Positions 18,698 to 28,083 of a stretch of 64,000 nucleotides of DNA are shown in pieces; within the stretch, counting starts at the first letter, position 1, and each line of letters begins with the position of its first letter. The notes under the pieces were generated by a model, which saw nothing but the letters and a program-made list of their open reading frames with translations, made no database searches and was not told the DNA's origin. Position numbers and translations under genes: made by a program. The stretch lies in the NCBI GenBank assembly GCA_038060895.1, contig JBBTCT010000007.1:210889-274888 (forward strand). Direction: 5' to 3'. Source of the stretch: Planctomycetota bacterium. Its GTDB lineage: Bacteria > Planctomycetota > MHYJ01 > WSZJ01.

Positions 18698-18791
18698 GTG
18701 GGGAATCTCCAAACGGTAGGCGGCGGATTGTACTGCAGGATTTGGAGAGTGGAACCCAACGCTGGCGGGCCGGGCCGCCCCCGGGAAAACA

Positions 18792-18822
18792 ACCGGGGCC
18801 GGCTCATGAGCCGGCCCCGGAT
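18792..18822 (-). terminator. Rho-independent terminator
   Basis: Perfect palindrome CCGGGGCCGGCTCATGAGCCGGCCCCGG followed by TTGTTTT on the minus strand. Confidence 0.7.
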
Positions 18823-18843
18823 TTCGTTTCGCTTCCCTGCGGC

Positions 18844-20208
18844 CTACTGGAACTTGAACGTCCTCTGGTTGTCTCTCCACCACTTCTTCCACTCGTTCCA
18901 GTCCTCGCCGTAGTCCTCCCCCGTGAGCTTGTTGAGCGAACGCTTGCATTCTTCGCGCAGGCCGCCGCCGCCGCCGGGGCCGCGCCCTCCCTTTCCCTTG
19001 AACTTGAACGGGAGGTCGATGAGGAAGTCGATCACGTCCTTGTGCTTCATGTTGCCGAGCGCGCGGATGCGCGCCCTGCTGACGTCCTGGGACGCCACGT
19101 CGAGGATGCTGTCCTCGGCCGGGCCCACGGCACGCAGGTCGCCGGTCTCGCCGATCGCGTCCCACGCCTTGATCACGAGCTTGTTGTTCGCTTCCGTCTT
19201 GATCCACGCCAGCACCACCGGCAGGCCGTTTTTCGCGTCGAGCTGGAGAATCGGGGCAATCACCATGTCCTTGAGCTTCACGCTCGGATCCTTGAGCGCC
19301 AGCGTCAGCGGTTTCACGACCTTCGGGTCCTTCGAGTCGATCAGCCTCTGCGCCGCGTCGCACTTGTCCTGCTCGACACTTCCTTTCATCGCCGCCTCAT
19401 ACGAAGCGATGTCTCGCTCCAGCTTCTTCGCGGGATCGATGTTCTGCCCTGCCGCGAACTTGTCCACCGCGCCGTTCATCGCCGTCGCCAGTTCAGCGGT
19501 GTCGAGGAAGCCGCAGCGGCCGAGTTCCGCACCTTCGAGATCGACGAAGATGAAGCCCGGGACGACCTGCGGCTTGAACTTGTCCCAGACCTCGGCAACG
19601 TCCTTCCCTGCGGCCACGCAGACGAACTTCTTCGCGGGCGCCGCGCACGCCGGGTCGGTGAACTGGGGGAATTTCAGGTTCAACTCGCGCGGCGGCGTCG
19701 CCGTGTCGTGCACGAAAATCAGAAGCGGCCGCTGGCGTTCTTTCGACTTCGACTTCGCGTCCGCGTACGTCGCCTCCCACATGAACTTCCGGCTCGCCAG
19801 CTCTTCGTCCCAGGAAGCGCGGATGCCCGCGAGGAAGTCGAGCATCTTGTCGGGGTTCGCTTCCGGAATCTCGCCGCGGGGGACCATCCGGAACTCTTTC
19901 CCCTCCGGGCTGATGACACGCAGTTGCGGCATGTCGTCGATCTTCCACCGGTAATGGCAACTCGCGGCTTCGTTGGCCTCGAGCTTGACGGCGGACCAGT
20001 TTTCGAGCTCGGTCTGGACCGCAATGTTAGGCCATACTTTTTCGTTCAGCCCCTTGCAGACGTGGCACGTCGGGCTCCAGATGTAGACAAGCATGAGCTT
20101 GTTCTTGGCCTTCGACTCCTTTTCGCCCTCCTCCAGGTTGGTGCCGAAGTCGGCACGAGCGGCGGAAGCGGCGGCGAGAAGGGCGGTGACGGTCAGAAGG
20201 CGACGCAT
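18844..20208 (-). CDS. Secreted thioredoxin-like domain + HEAT repeat protein
   Basis: Signal peptide, WSPTCHVC CxxC motif, a second Trx-like segment, HEAT units and a C-terminal LTGEDYGEDWNEWKKWW cap; GGAG RBS. Confidence 0.8.
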   Translation of the reverse strand: MRRLLTVTALLAAASAARADFGTNLEEGEKESKAKNKLMLVYIWSPTCHVCKGLNEKVWPNIAVQTELENWSAVKLEANEAASCHYRWKIDDMPQLRVISPEGKEFRMVPRGEIPEANPDKMLDFLAGIRASWDEELASRKFMWEATYADAKSKSKERQRPLLIFVHDTATPPRELNLKFPQFTDPACAAPAKKFVCVAAGKDVAEVWDKFKPQVVPGFIFVDLEGAELGRCGFLDTAELATAMNGAVDKFAAGQNIDPAKKLERDIASYEAAMKGSVEQDKCDAAQRLIDSKDPKVVKPLTLALKDPSVKLKDMVIAPILQLDAKNGLPVVLAWIKTEANNKLVIKAWDAIGETGDLRAVGPAEDSILDVASQDVSRARIRALGNMKHKDVIDFLIDLPFKFKGKGGRGPGGGGGLREECKRSLNKLTGEDYGEDWNEWKKWWRDNQRTFKFQ

Positions 20209-20459
20209 GCGGATCTCCCTTGGTGGACGCAGTGAGGGCGTGTCGGTATAACCCAGCAGATCTACGAAAGTTGTGTCGGTGCGAAAGGAAAAAAGCGGGA
20301 AAGGACCGGCTTCCCTTTCGTAACTCCGGGATTTACGCAAGTTGACTTCGAACAACATCTTACGTCTCAACGCTCGGGGTACAGCTCTTCCGCGACTTCC
20401 AAAAGGACGTCGCAACAGCTCCTAACATTACACGAACTTCGTTATTCAAGCGCCCCGCC

Positions 20460-20984
20460 TTGACCCTTCACCTCCCGCAACCGTCTGACTCTCCGGACGA
20501 ACTCCTCGCGGGGCGCGCCCAGGGCGGCGACCGGATCGCGTTCGAAGCGCTGGTCCTCCGCTACCTCGGGCCTGCCCGGGCTTTCTGCTCCAAGCTCCTG
20601 AGAGATCCGGTCCTGGCGGAAGACGCGTGCCAGGAAGGATTCCTCAAAGCGTGGCGCGGATTGCCGGGATTTCGCGGGGAAGCGAAGTTCAGGACGTGGT
20701 TGTGGCGGATCCTCGTCAACACTGCCAATGATCTGCGAAAGCCGAAGCCCGAATCGATCGGCGATCGCGAGTTTGAAGCGGTGCCGGAGCGGGACGTGGC
20801 CGCGGAAGACGCCGTCGCCCGCGCAGTGACGGCTCTTCCGGATCGACAACGCGAAGTCCTTCTGATGAGGGCGGAGTTGGGACTGGACCTGGAGGAGATC
20901 GCTGCGGCGCTGGGGATCACGTACGACGCGGCCAAGGCGAACCTGAGCCTGGCCCGGAAAAAGCTGAAGGAGTTGCTGGCATGA
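20460..20984 (+). CDS. ECF RNA polymerase sigma factor
   Basis: Region 2 AEDACQEGFLKAWRGLPGFRGEAKFRTWLWRILVN; region 4 LPDRQREVLLMR...EEIAAALG...KANLSLAR. Confidence 0.93.
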   Translation: MTLHLPQPSDSPDELLAGRAQGGDRIAFEALVLRYLGPARAFCSKLLRDPVLAEDACQEGFLKAWRGLPGFRGEAKFRTWLWRILVNTANDLRKPKPESIGDREFEAVPERDVAAEDAVARAVTALPDRQREVLLMRAELGLDLEEIAAALGITYDAAKANLSLARKKLKELLA

Positions 20985-22702
20985 CGTGCGAAGAATTCCT
21001 GGAACTCTGGGACCGCGGCGACCGCTCGCCCGAAGTCGCGGCGCACGTCGCCTCGTGCCCCGAGTGCCGCTCGGTCCTCGCCGTCGATGGCCGCGTCCGC
21101 AGCTGGCAGCCCGCGATGCCGATGCCGACCGAAACCCAGTTCCTTGAATCGTTGCGCTCGAAACTCGAAGGACGCCCTGCCCCACGACTCCGCGGTCCCC
21201 GTCCATCCGCGTCCGGCCCCGGGACCTGGCTCCGCTTCGCCGCCGCTGCAGTTCTCCTGGCAGCCATGGGGGCCGCGTTTCTCCTCGGGCGCGCAAGCCG
21301 GCCGCCGGAGAAAGCCGCCCCCCGGCCGATCGCCGACGCGCCCCGACCGGCACCTGTTCCGCAACCTGTCGAATCGCCGGCCGGAACGGGCGAGATCAAA
21401 CCCAAGCCGCTTCCCGACCCCAAAGCGGAATTCCGCGAACGCCTCATGGCGGCGGCGGCCGGCGCGGGACGGGACGCATTCCTGCTCCAGGTAAAAGGCG
21501 GAATGGACCGCGCCCGGTGGATCGCCGCGTTCCGGTCGAGCGACGAGAAAGAGCGCGGCGCGGCGGTCACGATCGCGACGATCCTGAAAGACGCCGCGCT
21601 CGCTCCCGACCTGGCCGCAGCGGCCGCGCGCGGAGACCAGTCCGCAATCAAGGCCCTCGGCGAAATCGGCGGACCCGAGTCCGTCGCAGTCCTCGCTTCC
21701 CTCGCCGGAGTTCCCTCCCGGCGCGCTTCGGTAGAGGAAGCGCTGGCGGCGACGGGACGGCCGGAGGCAGGGGAAGCGCTGGCGGCGATCGGGGCCTGGG
21801 ACAACGAAGCTGCCTGGCGGCGGCTCGGCGAAACGGCCGCCCCTGCGATCGTTTCGCGCCTGAAATCGAGTGGCGGAACCAGGTATTCGGCGATCCGGGC
21901 CGCGGAGTGGGCGCGGGCCAAGGGCGCCGTGCCCGAACTGACGAAGCTGCTCGCGAAGCGGGAGACCGCACCTGCCGCTGCGCGCGCGCTTTCGGCGATC
22001 GGCGGCTGGAAGGCAGCAGGAGCGCTCGCCGCCGTGGCGGATGACTTCGACACGGAGATGATCGAGCTGCTGAAAAAAACGGAGGGCGGGCGCGCGGCTG
22101 TGGAACGCCGGCTCCTCGACGTCCGGGTGAGCGCGACGGACCGGACGCGCGCGGCTCGGACGCTCGTGGCTATGGGCGACCACGCCGCCGAGGCCGCTCT
22201 CATGGACGCGCTCGACAGCCCGGAGATACGCGCTGAAGCCGCGCGCGCGCTCGGCGACTTCAAGTGCGAAGCCGCCGTTGCGGACCTCGTCAGCATCCTC
22301 GACGAACGGCGCTGCCGCGACGCGGCGGCGGAGGCGCTGGCGAAAATCGGAAGCGTCAAGGCGATCCCCGCACTCATCGCGGCATCCCGCGACCGCTCCT
22401 TCTATGAAGAGGCGACGCGCGCGATCGCGACGATCGGATCGCCTGAAGCCGTCCCTCACCTGATCTCCGCGCTGAAAGACCGGGACCTGTCCTCATTGGC
22501 CACCACGGCTCTCGGCGCCATCAAGGATGCCCGCGCCATCCTGCCCCTCATCGGCGCTCTCGAGGGCCCGAACGCCGGCGAAGCCTTCAAGGCGCTTCAG
22601 TCGATCACCGGCGAAAAACTGCCCTCGCGCCAGGACGCTTGGGTGCGCTGGTGGAAGGCGCGCTCGAAAAATGGACGGACGTTTGACCTTCAGTGCTTCT
22701 GA
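20981..22702 (+). CDS. Anti-sigma factor: zinc-binding ZAS domain, TM helix, Pro-rich linker, extracytoplasmic HEAT repeats
   Basis: MTCEE...HVASCPEC (HxxxCxxC), a TM helix, many HEAT units and an ITGEKLPSRQDAWVRWW cap; 4-bp overlap with the sigma gene. Confidence 0.85.
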   Translation: MTCEEFLELWDRGDRSPEVAAHVASCPECRSVLAVDGRVRSWQPAMPMPTETQFLESLRSKLEGRPAPRLRGPRPSASGPGTWLRFAAAAVLLAAMGAAFLLGRASRPPEKAAPRPIADAPRPAPVPQPVESPAGTGEIKPKPLPDPKAEFRERLMAAAAGAGRDAFLLQVKGGMDRARWIAAFRSSDEKERGAAVTIATILKDAALAPDLAAAAARGDQSAIKALGEIGGPESVAVLASLAGVPSRRASVEEALAATGRPEAGEALAAIGAWDNEAAWRRLGETAAPAIVSRLKSSGGTRYSAIRAAEWARAKGAVPELTKLLAKRETAPAAARALSAIGGWKAAGALAAVADDFDTEMIELLKKTEGGRAAVERRLLDVRVSATDRTRAARTLVAMGDHAAEAALMDALDSPEIRAEAARALGDFKCEAAVADLVSILDERRCRDAAAEALAKIGSVKAIPALIAASRDRSFYEEATRAIATIGSPEAVPHLISALKDRDLSSLATTALGAIKDARAILPLIGALEGPNAGEAFKALQSITGEKLPSRQDAWVRWWKARSKNGRTFDLQCF

Positions 22703-22779
22703 ACGGTCTGACCTGCTGACCGGGAAATCGCCAAAACAATCGCCGGCTTCCGGGGGGAACCGGCACAGGGAGAATCACA

Positions 22780-24633
22780 ATGAAGCGTTGTCTCGTGGTA
22801 TTTCTTGCCTGCGCGGCCGCGGCCCGCGCACAGGAGGAGCCCGAACGCATCAGCCGCGCCTACGACATCCGCTTCCTGACCCAGGAAGTGGAGAATTTCA
22901 AGGGCCCCGCGGTCGGGCTGGACGAAGTCGCCGGCGGCGACGGAGCGTACGGGAGTGAAGACGAGAATGGCCCGGCTCCCGTCACAGGCGAGTTCCTCGT
23001 CGCGGCCATCACGACGAACTTCGACGAGGACTCCTGGAGCGACGAGCGCAACACGCTCCAGTACGACAGCGGCGTTCTCTACGTCACGCAGACGAAGGAA
23101 AACCACGAGAAGATCCAGAAGTACATCGACATGCTCCGGCGGCGTTTCTCGCGCCGCATCATCGTTGAGGCCGAAGTGCTGCTGCTCGCGCCGGAGGCGT
23201 TCGCGGCATCGGGCGCCCTTCCCGGCCTCCTCACCGCGGAGCAGGACAAGGCTCTTCACGACGCCGCCGCCGATCCGGCCCGCGGCCGCCTGCTGACGCT
23301 TCTTCGCGCCGTGGCGATGAACGGCCAGCGCGTTTTTGCGGCGGACCTCAGCGAGAAATCGTATGTGCGGGATTACGACGTGGAGATCGCGCAGGACCAG
23401 GCGATCGCGGACCCGTGCCAGGGGAACCTGGTGACGGGAGCGGTGCTCGACGTGCGCCCGATCCTGGCCAACGACCTGGGAACGGTGCTCATGGACACGA
23501 GGTTCAAGCTCGCGCGTCCGCGGGGCATTGCCCCCTTTGACCCGGCGACCGCCACGCTGGGCACGCTGGAGCTTCCCTCGCACGACGTTCTCCGCACGAG
23601 GACGACGCTCTCGATCCCTCTGGGCCGCTCCGTGCTGCTGTGCGCAGGGCCCATCGCGGGCGAGAAGGACTGGCTCGGCGCAGTCCTCCTCAGGCCGACC
23701 CTGACAGGCCAGTCCGGGACGGACGAAACCGCCTCGACCGAGAAGCGGCAGATGAGGATGTTTGACGTGTCGAGCCTGACGGCGGGAGTGAAGGACTTCC
23801 CGGGGCCGTCGCTCGAAATGAGCGGCGGATACGACGGCGCCGACCCGTCCACGTCCTTCTCGCCGCCCCAGGACGAAGGCTCGTCCCTGTCGCCGGAACA
23901 GCTCATCGAGGCCATCCAGGACAACGTTGCGCCGGAAAGCTGGAAGAACGCCCGCAACCGGCTCTCGATCATGGGAGACCAGATCGTCGTCGTGCAGTCC
24001 CCCGCCGTGCTCGAGGAGATCGCGAAATTCATCGCCGTCGCCGCGCCGGCCCGCAACAGGATCATCGGCGTCGAGACGGTCTTCGTCGCCATGGACGACG
24101 CCGCCTGGAACGCCCGGCGCGCTTCCCTGTCGGGAGCCAGCCCCGCGGAGGAAGGCCTCAAGGACCTCCTCGCCGCAGCGCTCAAGGGAGGCGGCACCCG
24201 CATCCTCACCAGCGCCCGCGGCGTCTGCATGAGCGACCAGCGCTTCCATGTCTGGGCCGGTGGCGAATTCGCCTACGTGCAGGATTACGACGTCGAGATC
24301 GCCGAAAAAGCCGCCGCTTCCGATCCCGTCATCGGGCTCCTCACGACCGGCTGCGTCCTCGATATCCGACCGACCCTCGCGGGGGACGGGAAGCGGCTGC
24401 ACCTGGAGCTCAGGCCGGCTTACAACGCTTCGCCAGGCCCCGAGACCTTCGACCCGAAGGCTGTGAACATCGGAAAGCTTCACAAAATCCGGGCGTCGAT
24501 CTTCGCAGTCCAGGCGCAGATGTACGTGACGGACGGGGCATGGGCCCTGGCCGGCGTGGCGACCAGCGGCGCGGGCGGAAAGCGCGAGACGCTGGCTATG
24601 GTCGTCCGGGCTCGCTCGATGGAGGTGAAATAA
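22780..24633 (+). CDS. Secreted secretin-like protein with two internal repeat modules
   Basis: Signal peptide; two modules each with YD(I/V)..LT..V..F.GP, an N3-like segment and YV.DYDVEIA....DP.....TG.VLD(V/I)RP. Confidence 0.6.
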   Translation: MKRCLVVFLACAAAARAQEEPERISRAYDIRFLTQEVENFKGPAVGLDEVAGGDGAYGSEDENGPAPVTGEFLVAAITTNFDEDSWSDERNTLQYDSGVLYVTQTKENHEKIQKYIDMLRRRFSRRIIVEAEVLLLAPEAFAASGALPGLLTAEQDKALHDAAADPARGRLLTLLRAVAMNGQRVFAADLSEKSYVRDYDVEIAQDQAIADPCQGNLVTGAVLDVRPILANDLGTVLMDTRFKLARPRGIAPFDPATATLGTLELPSHDVLRTRTTLSIPLGRSVLLCAGPIAGEKDWLGAVLLRPTLTGQSGTDETASTEKRQMRMFDVSSLTAGVKDFPGPSLEMSGGYDGADPSTSFSPPQDEGSSLSPEQLIEAIQDNVAPESWKNARNRLSIMGDQIVVVQSPAVLEEIAKFIAVAAPARNRIIGVETVFVAMDDAAWNARRASLSGASPAEEGLKDLLAAALKGGGTRILTSARGVCMSDQRFHVWAGGEFAYVQDYDVEIAEKAAASDPVIGLLTTGCVLDIRPTLAGDGKRLHLELRPAYNASPGPETFDPKAVNIGKLHKIRASIFAVQAQMYVTDGAWALAGVATSGAGGKRETLAMVVRARSMEVK

Positions 24634-24634
24634 C

Positions 24635-26503
24635 ATGAAACGCACACTTACGTTCTTCCTGGCCGTGGCCTGCACTGCGGCGGCGGAAGAGAAGTCGTTG
24701 ATGCACATGTACAACGTCAGCGCGCTCACCGTGAAGATCACGAACTTCCGCGGGCGCGAGCTGGGATTCGGAGGGCTCTCGGACGGTTCCGACATGGGCG
24801 CGATAGGGATCGGAACTTCCGGCGGCGAGGAGGAAGGCACGGCGATCCCCGGCGAGGACCTGAAGCTGCTGATCTCGCAGAACGTCGCCGTGGGAACGTG
24901 GGATTCGCCGCCGCATTCGATCGAGTACTACAACGGCTCGCTGATCGTGGTCCACACGCCGGCCGTGCACGAACTGGTGAAGAAGTTCCTGGAGGTCCTG
25001 CGCAGCCGGGCCTACAAGACGGTCATCATCGAAGCGGACGTGGTGGAACTGGCGCCGGGCGTCCTGGAAACGGCGGCAGGGACGGTGCTCACGGAAGAAC
25101 AGCTGAAAGCCGTGGATGCCGCCGCCTCGGACCCGGCCAGGGGACGCCGGCTCGCGACGCTGCGCGCCTGCGGCCTCAACACGCAGCGCTTCAATGCGAG
25201 CGCCCGCGGCCAGGAGTCGCACGTGCGTGATTACGACATTGAGATCGCGCAGCATGCGGCGATTGCCGACCCCGTGATCGGAATCGCCGAGACGGGGTAC
25301 ACCCTGGACGTCCTTCCGACCGTCTCCCTGGACGAATCGCTGATCCTCCTCACCGCACGGTTCTCATGCGGCGAGTCGGTCGCCATGCGGGAATTCCAGC
25401 CCGGGGGAACTTACCTCGGGACGATCGAACAGCCGGACCAGGCTGCCGCCCGGACACGGACGACGCTGGTCATCCCCGCAGGCAAGTCCGCCGTCCTGTC
25501 CTCCGCCGGGTACAGCGGAACCGCCAAGGGCTGGGCCCAGGTCGTGATTCTCCGGGCGTCCATCGCCGGCGAGGCCTCGCTTCCGTTCCCCGCCGCCGCC
25601 AAGCCCGTGCAGTGCCGGTTGCTCGACACACGTGCGATCCTCACCCGCGCTCCTGATTTTCCGGGCCCGCGCCTGGGCGGAATCCACGTCGGCGAAGGCA
25701 GCAGCGGCCCGACGACGACGTTCGTGCCGCCGGAATCCGAAACCGGCGTGCTGGTCACGCCCGAACAGCTGGAAACGATGATCAAGCAGAACGTCACCGC
25801 CGGCGCCTGGCTCGAGCGGGAAGGCGAGGTCGCCATCGCCCTCACCGGGAACCAGCAGCTCATCGTCTGTCACGAGGCGGTAGTCCTCGCCCAGGTCGAA
25901 GCCCTCCTGGGCCGCCTCATGGCCTCCCGCTCCCGCATCGTGTCCGTCGATTCCTGGGTCGTCGCTCTCGACCCGACCGCCTGGCGCGAACGGCGCACGG
26001 CGCTTTCGGGGGAGATTGCGGAAGCGGCGTGGGCGGAGCTGCTGGACGCGGCGGCGAAAGGCAACGGCGCGCGTGTCGTCGGCCGCGCGAGCGCCGCGGG
26101 CCTGAACGGCACCCGCTTCCACACGGCCCGCGGGGTCATGCACTCGCTGGTCATGGATCACGATGTCGAGATTGCGGAGTCAGCCAGCTCTCTCGACCCG
26201 GTGGGCGGCGTCGTCGCCGAAGGGATCTCGCTGGACGTCACGCCCGCCTCGGTGGGCGACAGCGGCCAGATCCAGCTCGACCTCCGGCCGACCGTCGTCA
26301 TCGGAGGCGAGCCGAAGGAGTTTCTTCTCAAGGACAAGCTCGGCAAAGTGCAGGGAACTTCGCTGGCGGATTTTGGCGTCCGCACCCAGATGCTCGTGGA
26401 CGCCGGCAAGCCGGCGCTCGTCGGGATCGGGTCGCGGGAAGACGGCGGAAAGTCGGAAGTCCTGCTGATGTTCGTGAAAGCGACGATCATCGACGTGAAG
26501 TGA
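24635..26503 (+). CDS. Secreted secretin-like protein, paralog of the upstream gene
   Basis: Same two-module layout: HVRDYDIEIAQHAAIADP..G..LDVLP and LVMDHDVEIAESASSLDP..G.SLDVTP; starts 1 nt after the upstream stop. Confidence 0.6.
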   Translation: MKRTLTFFLAVACTAAAEEKSLMHMYNVSALTVKITNFRGRELGFGGLSDGSDMGAIGIGTSGGEEEGTAIPGEDLKLLISQNVAVGTWDSPPHSIEYYNGSLIVVHTPAVHELVKKFLEVLRSRAYKTVIIEADVVELAPGVLETAAGTVLTEEQLKAVDAAASDPARGRRLATLRACGLNTQRFNASARGQESHVRDYDIEIAQHAAIADPVIGIAETGYTLDVLPTVSLDESLILLTARFSCGESVAMREFQPGGTYLGTIEQPDQAAARTRTTLVIPAGKSAVLSSAGYSGTAKGWAQVVILRASIAGEASLPFPAAAKPVQCRLLDTRAILTRAPDFPGPRLGGIHVGEGSSGPTTTFVPPESETGVLVTPEQLETMIKQNVTAGAWLEREGEVAIALTGNQQLIVCHEAVVLAQVEALLGRLMASRSRIVSVDSWVVALDPTAWRERRTALSGEIAEAAWAELLDAAAKGNGARVVGRASAAGLNGTRFHTARGVMHSLVMDHDVEIAESASSLDPVGGVVAEGISLDVTPASVGDSGQIQLDLRPTVVIGGEPKEFLLKDKLGKVQGTSLADFGVRTQMLVDAGKPALVGIGSREDGGKSEVLLMFVKATIIDVK

Positions 26504-26520
26504 CGGCCGAAGACGAGTTC

Positions 26521-26554
26521 ACGGGGGCCGCGGAAGCGCGGCCCCCGTTTTTTT
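26521..26554 (+). terminator. Rho-independent terminator
   Basis: ACGGGGGCCGCG-GAAG-CGCGGCCCCCGT followed by a T run. Confidence 0.85.
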
Positions 26555-26565
26555 GTCTTTTGCAG

Positions 26566-26607
26566 AAAGTTAGCCTGGAATAACTTTGTCCGCTGCGCTG
26601 TTATGAT
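26566..26607 (+). promoter_or_regulatory. Palindromic operator and -10 element upstream of pirin
   Basis: AAAGTTA-N8-TAACTTT (26566-26587), then TATGAT (26602-26607). Confidence 0.45.
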
Positions 26608-26708
26608 TCCTGTCCGTCGTGGCCCTTCGCCTCGCCCTGAGGACTCCCTCACGGCAAGCCGGGCGGCCGTGACCATCCGACGTTCACCCGCCCGACCTGG
26701 AGGCCATC

Positions 26709-27395
26709 ATGATCCGCATCCGCCGCTCGGAAGACCGCGGCCACGCCGACCACGGCTGGCTCGACGCACGCCACACCTTTTCTTTCGCCGATTACTACGA
26801 CGAAGACCACATGAGCTTCCGCGCCCTCCGCGTCATCAACGAGGACAAGGTCGCCCCCGGCGCCGGCTTCCCCACCCACCCGCACCGGGACATGGAAATC
26901 CTCACCTGGCCCCTCGAGGGCGCCATCGCCCACAAGGACTCCACCGGCGGCAACGGCGTCATCCGCCCCGGCGAAATGCAGCACATGTCCGCGGGAAGCG
27001 GCGTCCGTCATTCCGAGTACAACGCTTCCGACAAGGAAGCGCTGCACCTGCTCCAGATCTGGCTCGTGCCGGAGACGAAGGGAATCACTCCGTCCTACGA
27101 GCAGAAGGCATTTCCGGGAAGAGGGCTCGTCCTCGCCGCGTCGCGGGATGCTCGTGAAGGATCGCTCAAGATCCACCAGGACGCCGAGGTGTGGGTCGCG
27201 AGGCTGAAGAAGGGCGAGGAGACGACGCTAGCACTGAAGCCGGGACGCTACGCCTGGGTCCAGGCCGCGAAAGGCGAGATTGCCGTGAACGGCGAAAAGC
27301 TCGCTCAGGGCGACGGCGCCGCGGTGTCGGACGAGAAAGAATTACTGCTCAAGGGCGGGAGCGAGTGCGAGGCCATCGTGTTCGATCTGAAATGA
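26709..27395 (+). CDS. Pirin family protein (YhhW-like)
   Basis: Motifs RGHADHGWLDARHTFSFADYYD, LRVINED, GFPTHPHRDMEI, MSAGSGVRHSEYN and LLQIW. Confidence 0.95.
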   Translation: MIRIRRSEDRGHADHGWLDARHTFSFADYYDEDHMSFRALRVINEDKVAPGAGFPTHPHRDMEILTWPLEGAIAHKDSTGGNGVIRPGEMQHMSAGSGVRHSEYNASDKEALHLLQIWLVPETKGITPSYEQKAFPGRGLVLAASRDAREGSLKIHQDAEVWVARLKKGEETTLALKPGRYAWVQAAKGEIAVNGEKLAQGDGAAVSDEKELLLKGGSECEAIVFDLK

Positions 27396-27516
27396 AGAGC
27401 CGGCTCCGCCGACGCTGAAAGGCGCAGAAACGACTCGCTGAAAAGCGCTGTCAGGCCAGGACCAACAGCGCCCTTCTGCGGGCTGTTTCAGCGCGTTTCA
27501 GCGTCCCGGCTTTTTT
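27395..27516. repeat. Long imperfect inverted repeat between convergent genes
   Basis: GACGCTGAAAGGCGCAGAAAC (27411-27431) pairs with GTTTCAGCGCGTTTCAGCGTC (27485-27505); ends in a T run. Confidence 0.7.
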
Positions 27517-28031
27517 CACTTCAGCTCCTTCGCCGCCGCCTTCCCACCCTCTGTCTCCGCCGCCCACTTCGCAACCTCGGCGTAGACCTGAAGCCTCCGC
27601 TCCCGCTCATCCAGTCGCGCCGCGATCGCCACCCCGATCTCCGCAGCGCGCTCTTGCAACCGCGAGCCCTTGCCGCTCCACTTCAGACAGAGGGAGCACG
27701 CCTTCCACGCGTCTTCCCAGTTCTTGAGGCGATACCGCGCAATGGCAAGGTTGAAAGCCGTGTCGGCGCCTGGCTCGTTTTCGAGCGCCCAGGCCAGGTG
27801 TCTTTCGGCGAGCCCGGGTTCGTCGAGGTCGAGCAGAACGGAACCCAATTCGGCGCGCACCTCGGCCGTCCCGTCGCCTGCTTCAACCGCCGCCTCCAGC
27901 ACCCGGCGCGCGCCCGCGGAGTCACCGGAATGACGACGGGCAACCGCCTCCTCCAGCGCCGTCCCCGATGGTTCGCCGGAACTTGCAGGAAGGGCGGCCA
28001 CCGCCAGAACCGCAAGGATGAGTCCCTTCAT
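27516..28031 (-). CDS. Secreted TPR protein
   Basis: Signal peptide MKGLILAVLAVAALPASS, TPR helices (AELGSVLLDL, AFNLAIARYRLKNW); AAGGAG RBS. Confidence 0.75.
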   Translation of the reverse strand: MKGLILAVLAVAALPASSGEPSGTALEEAVARRHSGDSAGARRVLEAAVEAGDGTAEVRAELGSVLLDLDEPGLAERHLAWALENEPGADTAFNLAIARYRLKNWEDAWKACSLCLKWSGKGSRLQERAAEIGVAIAARLDERERRLQVYAEVAKWAAETEGGKAAAKELK

Positions 28032-28043
28032 GGGCCGGCTCCT

Positions 28044-28072
28044 TTGACGCCCTGCGTCAACACGGTTAGAGT
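28044..28072 (+). promoter_or_regulatory. Sigma70-type promoter of the fchA-fhs-folD operon
   Basis: TTGACG-N17-TAGAGT ending 11 nt before ATG 28084. Confidence 0.5.
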
Positions 28073-28083
28073 CCGCCCCCATT

